Shown piece after piece: positions 27,360 through 41,269 of a DNA stretch of 64,000 nucleotides; positions within the stretch are counted from its first letter, which is position 1; each line of letters begins with the position of its first letter. Position numbers and translations under genes: made by a program. The DNA comes from Eledone cirrhosa (Eukaryota): positions 354,702,001 through 354,766,000 of the forward strand of contig OZ024743.1 in assembly GCA_964016885.1 (NCBI GenBank), written 5' to 3'. The notes below the pieces were generated by a model, which had not been told where the DNA came from, did no database searches, and saw only the letters and a list, made by a program, of their open reading frames with translations.

Positions 27360-28790
27360 GTAATGGTGATGCTGATGATTGTCCTCATGCTGGTTGCTGT
27401 TGGTGGTAGAGATTGAGGTTTTTGTGATTCTGGTGATGGTGATGCTGATGATTGTCCTCATGCTGGTTGTGGTTGGTGGTAGAGATTGAGGTTTTTGTGA
27501 TCCTGGTAATGGTGATGCTGATGATTGTCCTCATGCTGGTTGTTGTTGGTGGTAGAGATTGAGGTTTTTGTGATTCTGGTAATGGTGATGCTGATGATTG
27601 TCCTCATGCTGGTTGTTGTTGGTGGTAGAGATTGAGGTTTTTGTGATCCTGGTAATGGTGATGCTGATGAATGTCCTCGTGCTGGTTGTTGTTGGTGGTA
27701 GAGATTGAGGTTTTTGTGATCCTGGTAATGGTGATGCTGATGGTTGTCCTCGTGCTGGTTGTTGTTGGTGGTAGAGATTGAGGTTTTTGTGATCCTGGTA
27801 ATGGTGATGCTGATGATTGTCCTCATGCTGGTTGTTGTTGGTGGTAGAGATTGAGGTTTTTGTGATTCTGGTGATGGTGATGCTGATGATTGTCCTCATG
27901 CTGGTTGTGGTTGGTGGTAGAGATTGAGGTTTTTGTGATCCTGGTAATGGTGATGCTGATGATTGTCCTCATGCTGGTTGTTGTTGGTGGTAGAGATTGA
28001 GGTTTTTGTGATTCTGGTAATGGTGATGCTGATGATTGTCCTCATGCTGGTTGTTGTTGGTGGTAGAGATTGAGGTTTTTGCGATCCTGGTAATGGTGAT
28101 GCTGATGAATGTCCTCGTGCTGGTTGTTGTTGGTGGTAGAGATTGAGGTTTTTGTGATCCTGGTAATGGTGATGCTGATGGTTGTCCTCGTGCTGGTTGT
28201 TGTTGGTGGTAGAGATTGAGGTTTTTGTGATCCTGGTAATGGTGATGCTGATGATTGTCCTCATGCTGGTTGCTGTTGGTGGTAGACATTGTGGTTTTTG
28301 TGATTCTGGTAATGGTGATGCTGATGATTGTCCTCATGCTGGTTGTGGTTGGTGGTAGAGATTGAGGTTTTTGTGATCCTGGTAATGGTGATGCTGATGA
28401 TTGTCCTCATGCTGGTTGTTGTTGGTGGTAGAGATTGAGGTTTTTGTGATTCTGGTAATGGTGATGCTGATGATTGTCCTCATGCTGGTTGTTGTTGGTG
28501 GTAGAGATTGAGGTTTTTGTGATCCTGGTAATGGTGATGCTGATGAATGTCCTCGTGCTGGTTGTTGTTGGTGGTAGAGATTGAGGTTTTTGTGATCCTG
28601 GTAATGGTGATGCTGATGGTTGTCCTCGTGCTGGTTGTTGTTGGTGGTAGAGATTGAGGTTTTTGTGATCCTGGTAATGGTGATGCTGATGATTGTCCTC
28701 ATGCTGGTTGTTGTTGGTGGTAGAGATTGAGGTTTTTGTGATTCTGGTGATGGTGATGCTGATGATTGTCCTCATGCTGGTTGTTGTTGG
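27360..28790 (+). repeat. 438-bp hexameric HOR, ~3 copies
   Basis: GTTGTGGTTGG occurs at ~27466/27904/28342 and GAATGTCCTCG at ~27669/28107/28545. ORFs 27458/27896/28334 translate identically. Confidence 0.9.
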
Positions 28791-31700
28791 TGGTCGAGAT
28801 TGAGGTTTTTGTGATCCTGGTAATGGTGTTGCTGATGATTGTCCTCATGCGGGTTGTTGTTGGTGGTAGAGATTGTGGTTTTTGTGATTCTGGTAATGGT
28901 GATGCTGATGATTGTCCTCATGCTGGTTGTTGTTGGTGGTAGAGATTGAGGTTTTTGTGATCCTGATAATGGTGATGCTGATGATTGTCCTCATGCTGGT
29001 TGTTGTTGGTGGTAGAGATTGAGGTTTTTGTGATTCTGGTAATGGTGATGCTGATGATTGTCCTCATGCTGGTTGTTGTTGGTGGTAGAGATTGAGGTTT
29101 TTGTGATCCTGGTAATGGTGATGCTGATGGTTGTCCTCGTGCTGGTTGATGTTGGTGGTAGAGATTGAGGTTTTTGTGATCCTGGTAATGGTGATGCTGA
29201 TGATTGTCCTCATGCTGGTTGTTGTTGGTAGAGATTGAGGTTTTTGTGATCCTGGTAATGGTGATGCTGATGATTGTCCTCATGCTGGTTGTTGTTGGTG
29301 GTAGAGATTGACGTTTTTGTGATCCTGGTAATGGTGATGCTGATGATTGTCCTCATGCTGGTTGTTGTTGGTTGTAGAGATTGACGTTTTTGTGATCCTG
29401 GTAATGATGATGCTGATGATTGTCTTCATGCTGGTTGTTGTTGGTGGTAGAGATTGATCTTTTTGTGATTCTGGTAATGGTGATGCTGATGATTGTACTC
29501 CTGCTGGTTATTGTTGGTGGTAGAGATTGAGGTTTTTGTGATTCTGGTAATGGTGATGCTGATGATTGTCCTCATGCTGGTTGTTGTTCGTGGTAGAGAT
29601 TGAGGTTTTTGTGATTCTGGTAATAGCGATGCTGATGATTGTCCTCATGCTGGTTGTTGTTCGTGGTAGAGATTGAGGTTTTTGTGATACTTGTAATGGT
29701 GATGCTGATGATTGTCCTCATGCTGGTTGTTGTTGGTGGTAGAGATTGAGGTTTTTGTAATTCTGGTAATGGTGATTCTGATGATTGTGCTGATGCTGGT
29801 TGTTGTTGGTGGTAGAGATTGAGGTTTTTGAGATTCTGGTAATGGTGATGCTGATGATTGTCCTCATGCTGGTTGTTGTTGGTGGTAGAGATTGAGGTTT
29901 TTGTAATTCTGGTAATGGTGATTCTGATGATTGTGCTGATGCTGGTTGTTGTTGGTGGTAGAGATTGAGGTTTTTGTGATTCTGGTAATGGTGATGCTGA
30001 TGAATGTCCTCATGCTGGTTGTTGTTGGTGGTAGAGATTGAGGTTTTTGTGATACTGGTAATGGTGATGCTGATGATTGTCCTCATGCTGGTAGTTGTTG
30101 GTGGTAGAGATTGAGGTTTTTGTGATACTGGTAATGGTGATGCTGATGATTGTCCTCATGCTGGTTGTTGTTCGTGGTAGAGATTGAGGTTTTTGTGATT
30201 CTGGTAATGGTGATGCTGATGATTGTCTTGATGCTGGTTGTTGTTGGTGGTAGAGATTGAGGTTTTTGTGATTCTGGTAATGGTGATGCTGATGATTGTC
30301 TTCATGCTGGTTGTGGTTGGTGGTAGAGATTGAGGTTTTTGTGATTCCGGTAATGGTGATGCTGATGATTGTCTTCATGCTGGTTGTTGTTGGTGGTAGA
30401 GATTGAGGTTTTTGTGATACTGGTAATGGTGCTGCTGATGATTGTCCTCATGCTGGTTGTTGTTGGTAGAGATTGAGGCTTTTGTGATCCTGGTAATGGT
30501 GATGCTGATGATTGTACTGATGCTGGTTGTTGTTGGTGGTAGAGATTGAGGTTTTAGTGATTTAGGTAATGGTGATGCTGATGATTGTCCTCATGCTGGT
30601 TGTTGTTGGTAGAGATTGAGGTTTTTGTGATCCTGGTAATGGTGATGCTGATGATTGTCCTCATGCTGGTTGTTGTTGGTGGTAGAGATTGACGTTTTTG
30701 TGATCCAGGTAATGGTGATGCCTATGATTGTCCTCATGCTGGTTGTTGTTGGTGGTAGAGATTGAGGTTTTTTTGTGATTCTGGTAATGGTGATGCTGAT
30801 GATTGTCTTCATGCTGGTTGTTGTTGGTGGTAGAGATTGAAATTTTTGTGATACTTGTAATGGTGATGCTGATGATTGTACTGATGCTGGTTGTTGTTGG
30901 TGGTAGAGATTGAGGTTTTTGTGATACTGGTAATGGTGATGCTGATGATTGTCTTCATGCTGGTTGTTGTTGGTGGTAGAGATTGAGGTGTTTGTGATTC
31001 TGGTAATGGTGTACTGATGATTGTCCTCATGCTGGTTGTTGTTGGTGTTAGAGATTGAGGTTTTTGTGATACTGGTAATGGTGATGCTGATGATTGTCCT
31101 CATGCTGGTAGTTGTTGGTGGTAGAGATTGAGGTTTTTGTGATACTGGTAATGGTGATGCTGATGATTGTCCTCATGCTGGTTGTTGTTCGTGGTAGAGA
31201 TTGAGGTTTTTGTGATTCTGGTAATGGTGATGCTGATGATTGTCTTCATGCTGGTTGTTGTTGGTGGTAGAGATTGAGGATTTTGTGTTTCTGGTAATGG
31301 TGATGCTGATGATTGTCCTCATGTTGGTTGTTTTTCGTGGTAGAGATTGAGGTTTTTGTGATTCTGGTAATGGTGATGCTGATGATTGTCCTCATGCTGG
31401 TTGTTGTTCGTGGTAGAGATTGAGGTTTTTGTGATTCTGGTAATGGTGATGCTGATGAGTGTCCTCATGCTGGTTGTTGTTCGTGGTAGAGATTGAGGTT
31501 TTTGTGATTCTGTTAATGGTGATGCTGATGATTGTCCTCATGCTGGTTGTTGTTGGTGGTAGAGATTGAGGTTTTTGTGATTCTGGTAATGGTGATGCTG
31601 ATGATTGTACTGATGCTGGTTGTTGTTGGTGGTAGAGATTGAGGTTTTTGTGATTCTGGTAATGGTGATGCTGATGATTGTCCTCATGCTGGTTGTTGTT

Positions 31701-34700
31701 GGTGGTAGAGATTGAGGTTTTTGTGATTCTGGTAATGGTGATGCTGATGATTGTACTGATGCTGGTTGTTGTTGGTGGTAGAGATTGAGGTTTTTGTGAT
31801 TCTGGTAATGGTGATGCTGATGATTGTCCTCATGCTGGTTGTTGTTGGTGGTAGAGATTGAGGTTTTTGTGATTCTGGTAATGGTGATGCTGATGATTGT
31901 CCTCATGCTGGTTGTTGTTCGTGGTAGAGATTGAGGTTTTTGTGATTCTGGTAATGGTGATGCTGATGAGTGTCCTCATGCTGGTTGTTGTTCGTGGTAG
32001 AGATTGAGGTTTTTGTGATTCTGTTAATGGTGATGCTGATGATTGTCCTCATGCTGGTTGTTGTTGGTGGTAGAGATTGAGGTTTTTGTGATTCTGGTAA
32101 TGGTGATGCTGATGATTGTACTGATGCTGGTTGTTGTTGGTGGTAGAGATTGAGGTTTTTGTGATTCTGGTAATGGTGATGCTGATGATTGTCCTCATGC
32201 TGGTTGTTGTTCGTGGTAGAGATTGAGGTTTTTGTGATCCTGGTAATGGTGATGCTGATGATTGTCCTCATGCTGGTTGTTGGTGGTGGTAGAGATTGAG
32301 GTTTTTGTGATTCTGGTAATGGTGATGCTGATGATTGTGCTCATGCTGGTTGTTGTTGGTGGTAGAGATTGAGGTTTTTGTGATTCTGGTAATGGTGATG
32401 CTGATGATTGTCCTCATGCTGGTTGTTGTTGGTGGTAGAGATTGAGGTTTTTGTGATTCTGGTAATGGTGATGCTGATGATTGTCTTCATGCTGGTTGTG
32501 GTTGGTGGTAGAGATTGAGGTTTTTGTGATTCCGGTAATGGTGATGCTGATGATTGTCTTCATGCTGGTTGTTGTTGGTGGTAGAGATTGAGGTTTTTGT
32601 GATACTGGTAATGGTGCAGCTGATGATTGTCCTCATGCTGGTTGTTGTTGGTAGAGATTGAGGTTTTTGTGATCCTGGTAATGGTGATGATGATGATTGT
32701 ACTGATGCTGGTTGTTGTTGGTGGTAGAGATTGAGGTTTTAGTGATTTAGGTAATGGTGATGCTGATGATTGTCCTCATGCTGGTTGTTGTTGGTGGTAG
32801 AGATTGAGGTTTTTGTGATTCTGGTGATGGTGATGCTGATGATTGTCCTCATGCTGGTTGTTGTTGGTGGTCGAGATTGAGGTTTTTGTGATCCTGGTAA
32901 TGGTGTTGCTGATGATTGTCCTCATGCGGGTTGTTGTTGGTGGTAGAGATTGTGGTTTTTGTGATTCTGGTAATGGTGATGCTGATGATTGTCCTCATGC
33001 TGGTTGTTGTTGGTGGTAGAGATTGAGGTTTTTGTGATCCTGATAATGGTGATGCTGATGATTGTCCTCATGCTGGTTGTTGTTGGTGGTAGAGATTGAG
33101 GTTTTTGTGATTCTGGTAATGGTGATGCTGATGATTGTCCTCATGCTGGTTGTTGTTGGTGGTAGAGATTGAGGTTTTTGTGATCCTGGTAATGGTGATG
33201 CTGATGGTTGTCCTCGTGCTGGTTGATGTTGGTGGTAGAGATTGAGGTTTTTGTGATTCTGGTAATGGTGATGCTGATGAATGTCCTCATGCTGGTTGTT
33301 GTTGGTGGTAGAGATTGAGGTTTTTGTGATACTGGTAATGGTGATGCTGATGATTGTCCTCATGCTGGTAGTTGTTGGTGGTAGAGATTGAGGTTTTTGT
33401 GATACTGGTAATGGTGATGCTGATGATTGTCCTCATGCTGGTTGTTGTTCGTGGTAGAGATTGAGGTTTTTGTGATTCTGGTAATGGTGATGCTGATGAT
33501 TGTCTTGATGCTGGTTGTTGTTGGTGGTAGAGATTGAGGTTTTTGTGATTCTGGTAATGGTGATGCTGATGATTGTCTTCATGCTGGTTGTGGTTGGTGG
33601 TAGAGATTGAGGTTTTTGTGATTCCGGTAATGGTGATGCTGATGATTGTCTTCATGCTGGTTGTTGTTGGTGGTAGAGATTGAGGTTTTTGTGATACTGG
33701 TAATGGTGCTGCTGATGATTGTCCTCATGCTGGTTGTTGTTGGTAGAGATTGAGGCTTTTGTGATCCTGGTAATGGTGATGCTGATGATTGTACTGATGC
33801 TGGTTGTTGTTGGTGGTAGAGATTGAGGTTTTAGTGATTTAGGTAATGGTGATGCTGATGATTGTCCTCATGCTGGTTGTTGTTGGTAGAGATTGAGGTT
33901 TTTGTGATCCTGGTAATGGTGATGCTGATGATTGTCCTCATGCTGGTTGTTGTTGGTGGTAGAGATTGACGTTTTTGTGATCCAGGTAATGGTGATGCCT
34001 ATGATTGTCCTCATGCTGGTTGTTGTTGGTGGTAGAGATTGAGGTTTTTTTGTGATTCTGGTAATGGTGATGCTGATGATTGTCTTCATGCTGGTTGTTG
34101 TTGGTGGTAGAGATTGAAATTTTTGTGATACTTGTAATGGTGATGCTGATGATTGTACTGATGCTGGTTGTTGTTGGTGGTAGAGATTGAGGTTTTTGTG
34201 ATACTGGTAATGGTGATGCTGATGATTGTCTTCATGCTGGTTGTTGTTGGTGGTAGAGATTGAGGTGTTTGTGATTCTGGTAATGGTGTACTGATGATTG
34301 TCCTCATGCTGGTTGTTGTTGGTGTTAGAGATTGAGGTTTTTGTGATACTGGTAATGGTGATGCTGATGATTGTCCTCATGCTGGTAGTTGTTGGTGGTA
34401 GAGATTGAGGTTTTTGTGATACTGGTAATGGTGATGCTGATGATTGTCCTCATGCTGGTTGTTGTTCGTGGTAGAGATTGAGGTTTTTGTGATTCTGGTA
34501 ATGGTGATGCTGATGATTGTCTTCATGCTGGTTGTTGTTGGTGGTAGAGATTGAGGATTTTGTGTTTCTGGTAATGGTGATGCTGATGATTGTCCTCATG
34601 TTGGTTGTTTTTCGTGGTAGAGATTGAGGTTTTTGTGATTCTGGTAATGGTGATGCTGATGATTGTCCTCATGCTGGTTGTTGTTCGTGGTAGAGATTGA

Positions 34701-37700
34701 GGTTTTTGTGATTCTGGTAATGGTGATGCTGATGAGTGTCCTCATGCTGGTTGTTGTTCGTGGTAGAGATTGAGGTTTTTGTGATTCTGTTAATGGTGAT
34801 GCTGATGATTGTCCTCATGCTGGTTGTTGTTGGTGGTAGAGATTGAGGTTTTTGTGATTCTGGTAATGGTGATGCTGATGATTGTACTGATGCTGGTTGT
34901 TGTTGGTGGTAGAGATTGAGGTTTTTGTGATTCTGGTAATGGTGATGCTGATGATTGTCCTCATGCTGGTTGTTGTTGGTGGTAGAGATTGAGGTTTTTG
35001 TGATTCTGGTAATGGTGATGCTGATGATTGTACTGATGCTGGTTGTTGTTGGTGGTAGAGATTGAGGTTTTTGTGATTCTGGTAATGGTGATGCTGATGA
35101 TTGTCCTCATGCTGGTTGTTGTTGGTGGTAGAGATTGAGGTTTTTGTGATTCTGGTAATGGTGATGCTGATGATTGTCCTCATGCTGGTTGTTGTTCGTG
35201 GTAGAGATTGAGGTTTTTGTGATTCTGGTAATGGTGATGCTGATGAGTGTCCTCATGCTGGTTGTTGTTCGTGGTAGAGATTGAGGTTTTTGTGATTCTG
35301 TTAATGGTGATGCTGATGATTGTCCTCATGCTGGTTGTTGTTGGTGGTAGAGATTGAGGTTTTTGTGATTCTGGTAATGGTGATGCTGATGATTGTACTG
35401 ATGCTGGTTGTTGTTGGTGGTAGAGATTGAGGTTTTTGTGATTCTGGTAATGGTGATGCTGATGATTGTCCTCATGCTGGTTGTTGTTCGTGGTAGAGAT
35501 TGAGGTTTTTGTGATCCTGGTAATGGTGATGCTGATGATTGTCCTCATGCTGGTTGTTGGTGGTGGTAGAGATTGAGGTTTTTGTGATTCTGGTAATGGT
35601 GATGCTGATGATTGTGCTCATGCTGGTTGTTGTTGGTGGTAGAGATTGAGGTTTTTGTGATTCTGGTAATGGTGATGCTGATGATTGTCCTCATGCTGGT
35701 TGTTGTTGGTGGTAGAGATTGAGGTTTTTGTGATTCTGGTAATGGTGATGCTGATGATTGTCTTCATGCTGGTTGTGGTTGGTGGTAGAGATTGAGGTTT
35801 TTGTGATTCCGGTAATGGTGATGCTGATGATTGTCTTCATGCTGGTTGTTGTTGGTGGTAGAGATTGAGGTTTTTGTGATACTGGTAATGGTGCAGCTGA
35901 TGATTGTCCTCATGCTGGTTGTTGTTGGTAGAGATTGAGGTTTTTGTGATCCTGGTAATGGTGATGATGATGATTGTACTGATGCTGGTTGTTGTTGGTG
36001 GTAGAGATTGAGGTTTTAGTGATTTAGGTAATGGTGATGCTGATGATTGTCCTCATGCTGGTTGTTGTTGGTGGTAGAGATTGAGGTTTTTGTGATTCTG
36101 GTGATGGTGATGCTGATGATTGTCCTCATGCTGGTTGTTGTTGGTGGTCGAGATTGAGGTTTTTGTGATCCTGGTAATGGTGTTGCTGATGATTGTCCTC
36201 ATGCGGGTTGTTGTTGGTGGTAGAGATTGTGGTTTTTGTGATTCTGGTAATGGTGATGCTGATGATTGTCCTCATGCTGGTTGTTGTTGGTGGTAGAGAT
36301 TGAGGTTTTTGTGATCCTGATAATGGTGATGCTGATGATTGTCCTCATGCTGGTTGTTGTTGGTGGTAGAGATTGAGGTTTTTGTGATTCTGGTAATGGT
36401 GATGCTGATGATTGTCCTCATGCTGGTTGTTGTTGGTGGTAGAGATTGAGGTTTTTGTGATCCTGGTAATGGTGATGCTGATGGTTGTCCTCGTGCTGGT
36501 TGATGTTGGTGGTAGAGATTGAGGTTTTTGTGATCCTGGTAATGGTGATGCTGATGATTGTCCTCATGCTGGTTGTTGTTGGTAGAGATTGAGGTTTTTG
36601 TGATCCTGGTAATGGTGATGCTGATGATTGTCCTCATGCTGGTTGTTGTTGGTGGTAGAGATTGACGTTTTTGTGATCCTGGTAATGGTGATGCTGATGA
36701 TTGTCCTCATGCTGGTTGTTGTTGGTTGTAGAGATTGACGTTTTTGTGATCCTGGTAATGATGATGCTGATGATTGTCTTCATGCTGGTTGTTGTTGGTG
36801 GTAGAGATTGATCTTTTTGTGATTCTGGTAATGGTGATGCTGATGATTGTACTCCTGCTGGTTATTGTTGGTGGTAGAGATTGAGGTTTTTGTGATTCTG
36901 GTAATGGTGATGCTGATGATTGTCCTCATGCTGGTTGTTGTTCGTGGTAGAGATTGAGGTTTTTGTGATTCTGGTAATAGCGATGCTGATGATTGTCCTC
37001 ATGCTGGTTGTTGTTCGTGGTAGAGATTGAGGTTTTTGTGATACTTGTAATGGTGATGCTGATGATTGTCCTCATGCTGGTTGTTGTTGGTGGTAGAGAT
37101 TGAGGTTTTTGTAATTCTGGTAATGGTGATTCTGATGATTGTGCTGATGCTGGTTGTTGTTGGTGGTAGAGATTGAGGTTTTTGAGATTCTGGTAATGGT
37201 GATGCTGATGATTGTCCTCATGCTGGTTGTTGTTGGTGGTAGAGATTGAGGTTTTTGTAATTCTGGTAATGGTGATTCTGATGATTGTGCTGATGCTGGT
37301 TGTTGTTGGTGGTAGAGATTGAGGTTTTTGTGATTCTGGTAATGGTGATGCTGATGAATGTCCTCATGCTGGTTGTTGTTGGTGGTAGAGATTGAGGTTT
37401 TTGTGATACTGGTAATGGTGATGCTGATGATTGTCCTCATGCTGGTAGTTGTTGGTGGTAGAGATTGAGGTTTTTGTGATACTGGTAATGGTGATGCTGA
37501 TGATTGTCCTCATGCTGGTTGTTGTTCGTGGTAGAGATTGAGGTTTTTGTGATTCTGGTAATGGTGATGCTGATGATTGTCTTGATGCTGGTTGTTGTTG
37601 GTGGTAGAGATTGAGGTTTTTGTGATTCTGGTAATGGTGATGCTGATGATTGTCTTCATGCTGGTTGTGGTTGGTGGTAGAGATTGAGGTTTTTGTGATT

Positions 37701-39840
37701 CCGGTAATGGTGATGCTGATGATTGTCTTCATGCTGGTTGTTGTTGGTGGTAGAGATTGAGGTTTTTGTGATACTGGTAATGGTGCTGCTGATGATTGTC
37801 CTCATGCTGGTTGTTGTTGGTAGAGATTGAGGCTTTTGTGATCCTGGTAATGGTGATGCTGATGATTGTACTGATGCTGGTTGTTGTTGGTGGTAGAGAT
37901 TGAGGTTTTAGTGATTTAGGTAATGGTGATGCTGATGATTGTCCTCATGCTGGTTGTTGTTGGTAGAGATTGAGGTTTTTGTGATCCTGGTAATGGTGAT
38001 GCTGATGATTGTCCTCATGCTGGTTGTTGTTGGTGGTAGAGATTGACGTTTTTGTGATCCAGGTAATGGTGATGCCTATGATTGTCCTCATGCTGGTTGT
38101 TGTTGGTGGTAGAGATTGAGGTTTTTTTGTGATTCTGGTAATGGTGATGCTGATGATTGTCCTCATGCTGGTAGTTGTTGGTGGTAGAGATTGAGGTTTT
38201 TGTGATACTGGTAATGGTGATGCTGATGATTGTACTGATGCTGGTTGTTGTTGGTGGTAGAGATTGAGGTTTTTGTGATACTGGTAATGGTGATGCTGAT
38301 GATTGTCTTCATGCTGGTTGTTGTTGGTGGTAGAGATTGAAATTTTTGTGATACTTGTAATGGTGATGCTGATGATTGTACTGATGCTGGTTGTTGTTGG
38401 TGGTAGAGATTGAGGTTTTTGTGATACTGGTAATGGTGATGCTGATGATTGTCTTCATGCTGGTTGTTGTTGGTGGTAGAGATTGAGGTGTTTGTGATTC
38501 TGGTAATGGTGTACTGATGATTGTCCTCATGCTGGTTGTTGTTGGTGTTAGAGATTGAGGTTTTTGTGATACTGGTAATGGTGATGCTGATGATTGTCCT
38601 CATGCTGGTAGTTGTTGGTGGTAGAGATTGAGGTTTTTGTGATACTGGTAACGGTGATGCTGATGATTGTCCTCATGCTGGTTGTTGTTCGTGGTAGAGA
38701 TTGAGGTTTTTGTGATTCTGGTAATGGTGATGCTGATGATTGTCTTCATGCTGGTTGTTGTTGGTGGTAGAGATTGAGGATTTTGTGTTTCTGGTAATGG
38801 TGATGCTGATGATTGTCCTCATGTTGGTTGTTTTTCGTGGTAGAGATTGAGGTTTTTGTGATTCTGGTAATGGTGATGCTGATGATTGTCCTCATGCTGG
38901 TTGTTGTTGGTGGTAGAGATTGAGGTTTTTGTGATTCTGGTAATGGTGATGCTGATGATTGTCCTCATGCTGGTTGTTGTTCGTGGTAGAGATTGAGGTT
39001 TTTGTGATTCTGGTAATGGTGATGCTGATGAGTGTCCTCATGCTGGTTGTTGTTCGTGGTAGAGATTGAGGTTTTTGTGATTCTGTTAATGGTGATGCTG
39101 ATGATTGTCCTCATGCTGGTTGTTGTTGGTGGTAGAGATTGAGGTTTTTGTGATTCTGGTAATGGTGATGCTGATGATTGTACTGATGCTGGTTGTTGTT
39201 GGTGGTAGAGATTGAGGTTTTTGTGATTCTGGTAATGGTGATGCTGATGATTGTCCTCATGCTGGTTGTTGTTCGTGGTAGAGATTGAGGTTTTTGTGAT
39301 CCTGGTAATGGTGATGCTGATGATTGTCCTCATGCTGGTTGTTGGTGGTGGTAGAGATTGAGGTTTTTGTGATTCTGGTAATGGTGATGCTGATGATTGT
39401 GCTCATGCTGGTTGTTGTTGGTGGTAGAGATTGAGGTTTTTGTGATTCTGGTAATGGTGATGCTGATGATTGTCCTCATGCTGGTTGTTGTTGGTGGTAG
39501 AGATTGAGGTTTTTGTGATTCTGGTAATGGTGATGCTGATGATTGTCTTCATGCTGGTTGTGGTTGGTGGTAGAGATTGAGGTTTTTGTGATTCCGGTAA
39601 TGGTGATGCTGATGATTGTCTTCATGCTGGTTGTTGTTGGTGGTAGAGATTGAGGTTTTTGTGATACTGGTAATGGTGCAGCTGATGATTGTCCTCATGC
39701 TGGTTGTTGTTGGTAGAGATTGAGGTTTTTGTGATCCTGGTAATGGTGATGATGATGATTGTACTGATGCTGGTTGTTGTTGGTGGTAGAGATTGAGGTT
39801 TTAGGGATTTAGGTAATGGTGATGCTGATGATTGTCCTCA
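28710..39840 (+). repeat. Three-copy HOR with units of 4077, 3277 and ~3785 bp (56, 45 and 52 monomers)
   Basis: GGTCGAGAT occurs at ~28792/32869/36146, GATGCCTATG at ~30717/33994/38071, and GGTGCAGCTG at ~32613/35890/39675. ORF offsets are 4077, 3277 and 7354. Confidence 0.9.
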
Positions 39841-41269
39841 TGCTGGTTGTTGTTGATAGAGATTGAGGTTTTTGTGATCCTGGTAATGGTGATGCTGATG
39901 ATTGTCCTCATGCTGGTTGTTGTTGGTGGTAGAGATTGACGTTTTTGTGATCCTGGTAATGGTGATGCTGATGATTGTCCTCATGCTGGTTGTTGTTGGT
40001 GGTAGAGATTGAGGTTTTTTTGTGATTCTGGTAATGGTGATGCTGATGATTGTCTTCATGCTGGTTGTTGTTGGTGGTAGAGATTGAAATTTTTGTGATA
40101 CTTGTAATGGTGATGCTGATGATTGTACTGATGCTGGTTGTTGTTGGTGGTAGAGATTGAGGTTTTTGTGATACTGGTAATGGTGATGCTGATGATTGTC
40201 TTCATGCTGGTTGTTGTTGGTGGTAGAGATTGAGGTGTTTGTGATTCTGGTAATGGTATACTGATGATTGTCCTCATGCTGGTTGTTGTTGGTGTTAGAG
40301 ATTGAGGTTTTTGTGATTCTGGTAATAGTGATGCTGATGATTGTACTCCTGCTGGTTGTTGTTGGTGGTAGAGATTGAGGTTTTTGTGATTCTGGTAATG
40401 GTGATGCTGATGATTGTCTTCATGCTGGTGTTGTTCGTGGTAGAGATTGAGGTTTTTGTGATTCTGGTAATGGTGATGCTGATGATTGTCTTCATGCTGG
40501 TTGTTGTTAGTGGTAGAGATTGAGGTTTTTGTGATTCTGGTAATGGTGATGCTGATGATTGTCCTCATGTTGGTTGTTGTTCGTGGTAGAGATTGAGGTT
40601 TTTGTGATTCTGGTAATGGTGATGCTGATGATTGTCCTCATGCTGGTTGTTGTTGGTGGTAGAGATTGAGGTTTTTGTGATTCTGGTAATGGTGATGCTG
40701 ATGATTGTCCTCATGCTGGTTGTTGTTGGTGGTAGAGATTGAGGTTTTTGTGATTCTGGTAATGGTGATGCTGATGATTGTCTTCATGCTGGTTGTTGTT
40801 GGTGGTAGAGATTGAGGTTTTTGTGATTCTGGTAATGGTGATGCTGATGATTGTCTTCATGCTGGTTGTGGTTGGTGGTAGAGATTGAGGTTTTTGTGAT
40901 TCTGGTAATGGTGATGCTGATGATTGTCTTCATGCTGGTTGTTGTTGGTGGTAGAGATTGAGGTTTTTGTGATACTGGTAATGGTGCTGCTGATGATTGT
41001 CCTCATGCTGGTTGTTGTTGGTAGAGATTGAGGTTTTTGTGATGCTGGTAATGGTGATGCTGACGATTGTACTGATGCTGGTTGTTGCTGGTGGTAGAGA
41101 TTGAGGTTTTAGTGATTTAGGTAATGGTGATGCTGATGATTGTCCTCATGCTGGTTGATGTTGGTGGTAGAGATTGAGGTTTTTGTGATTCTGGTAATGG
41201 TGATGCTGATGATTGTCCTCATGCTGGTTGTTGTTGGTAGAGATTGAGGTTTTTGTGATTCTGGTAATG

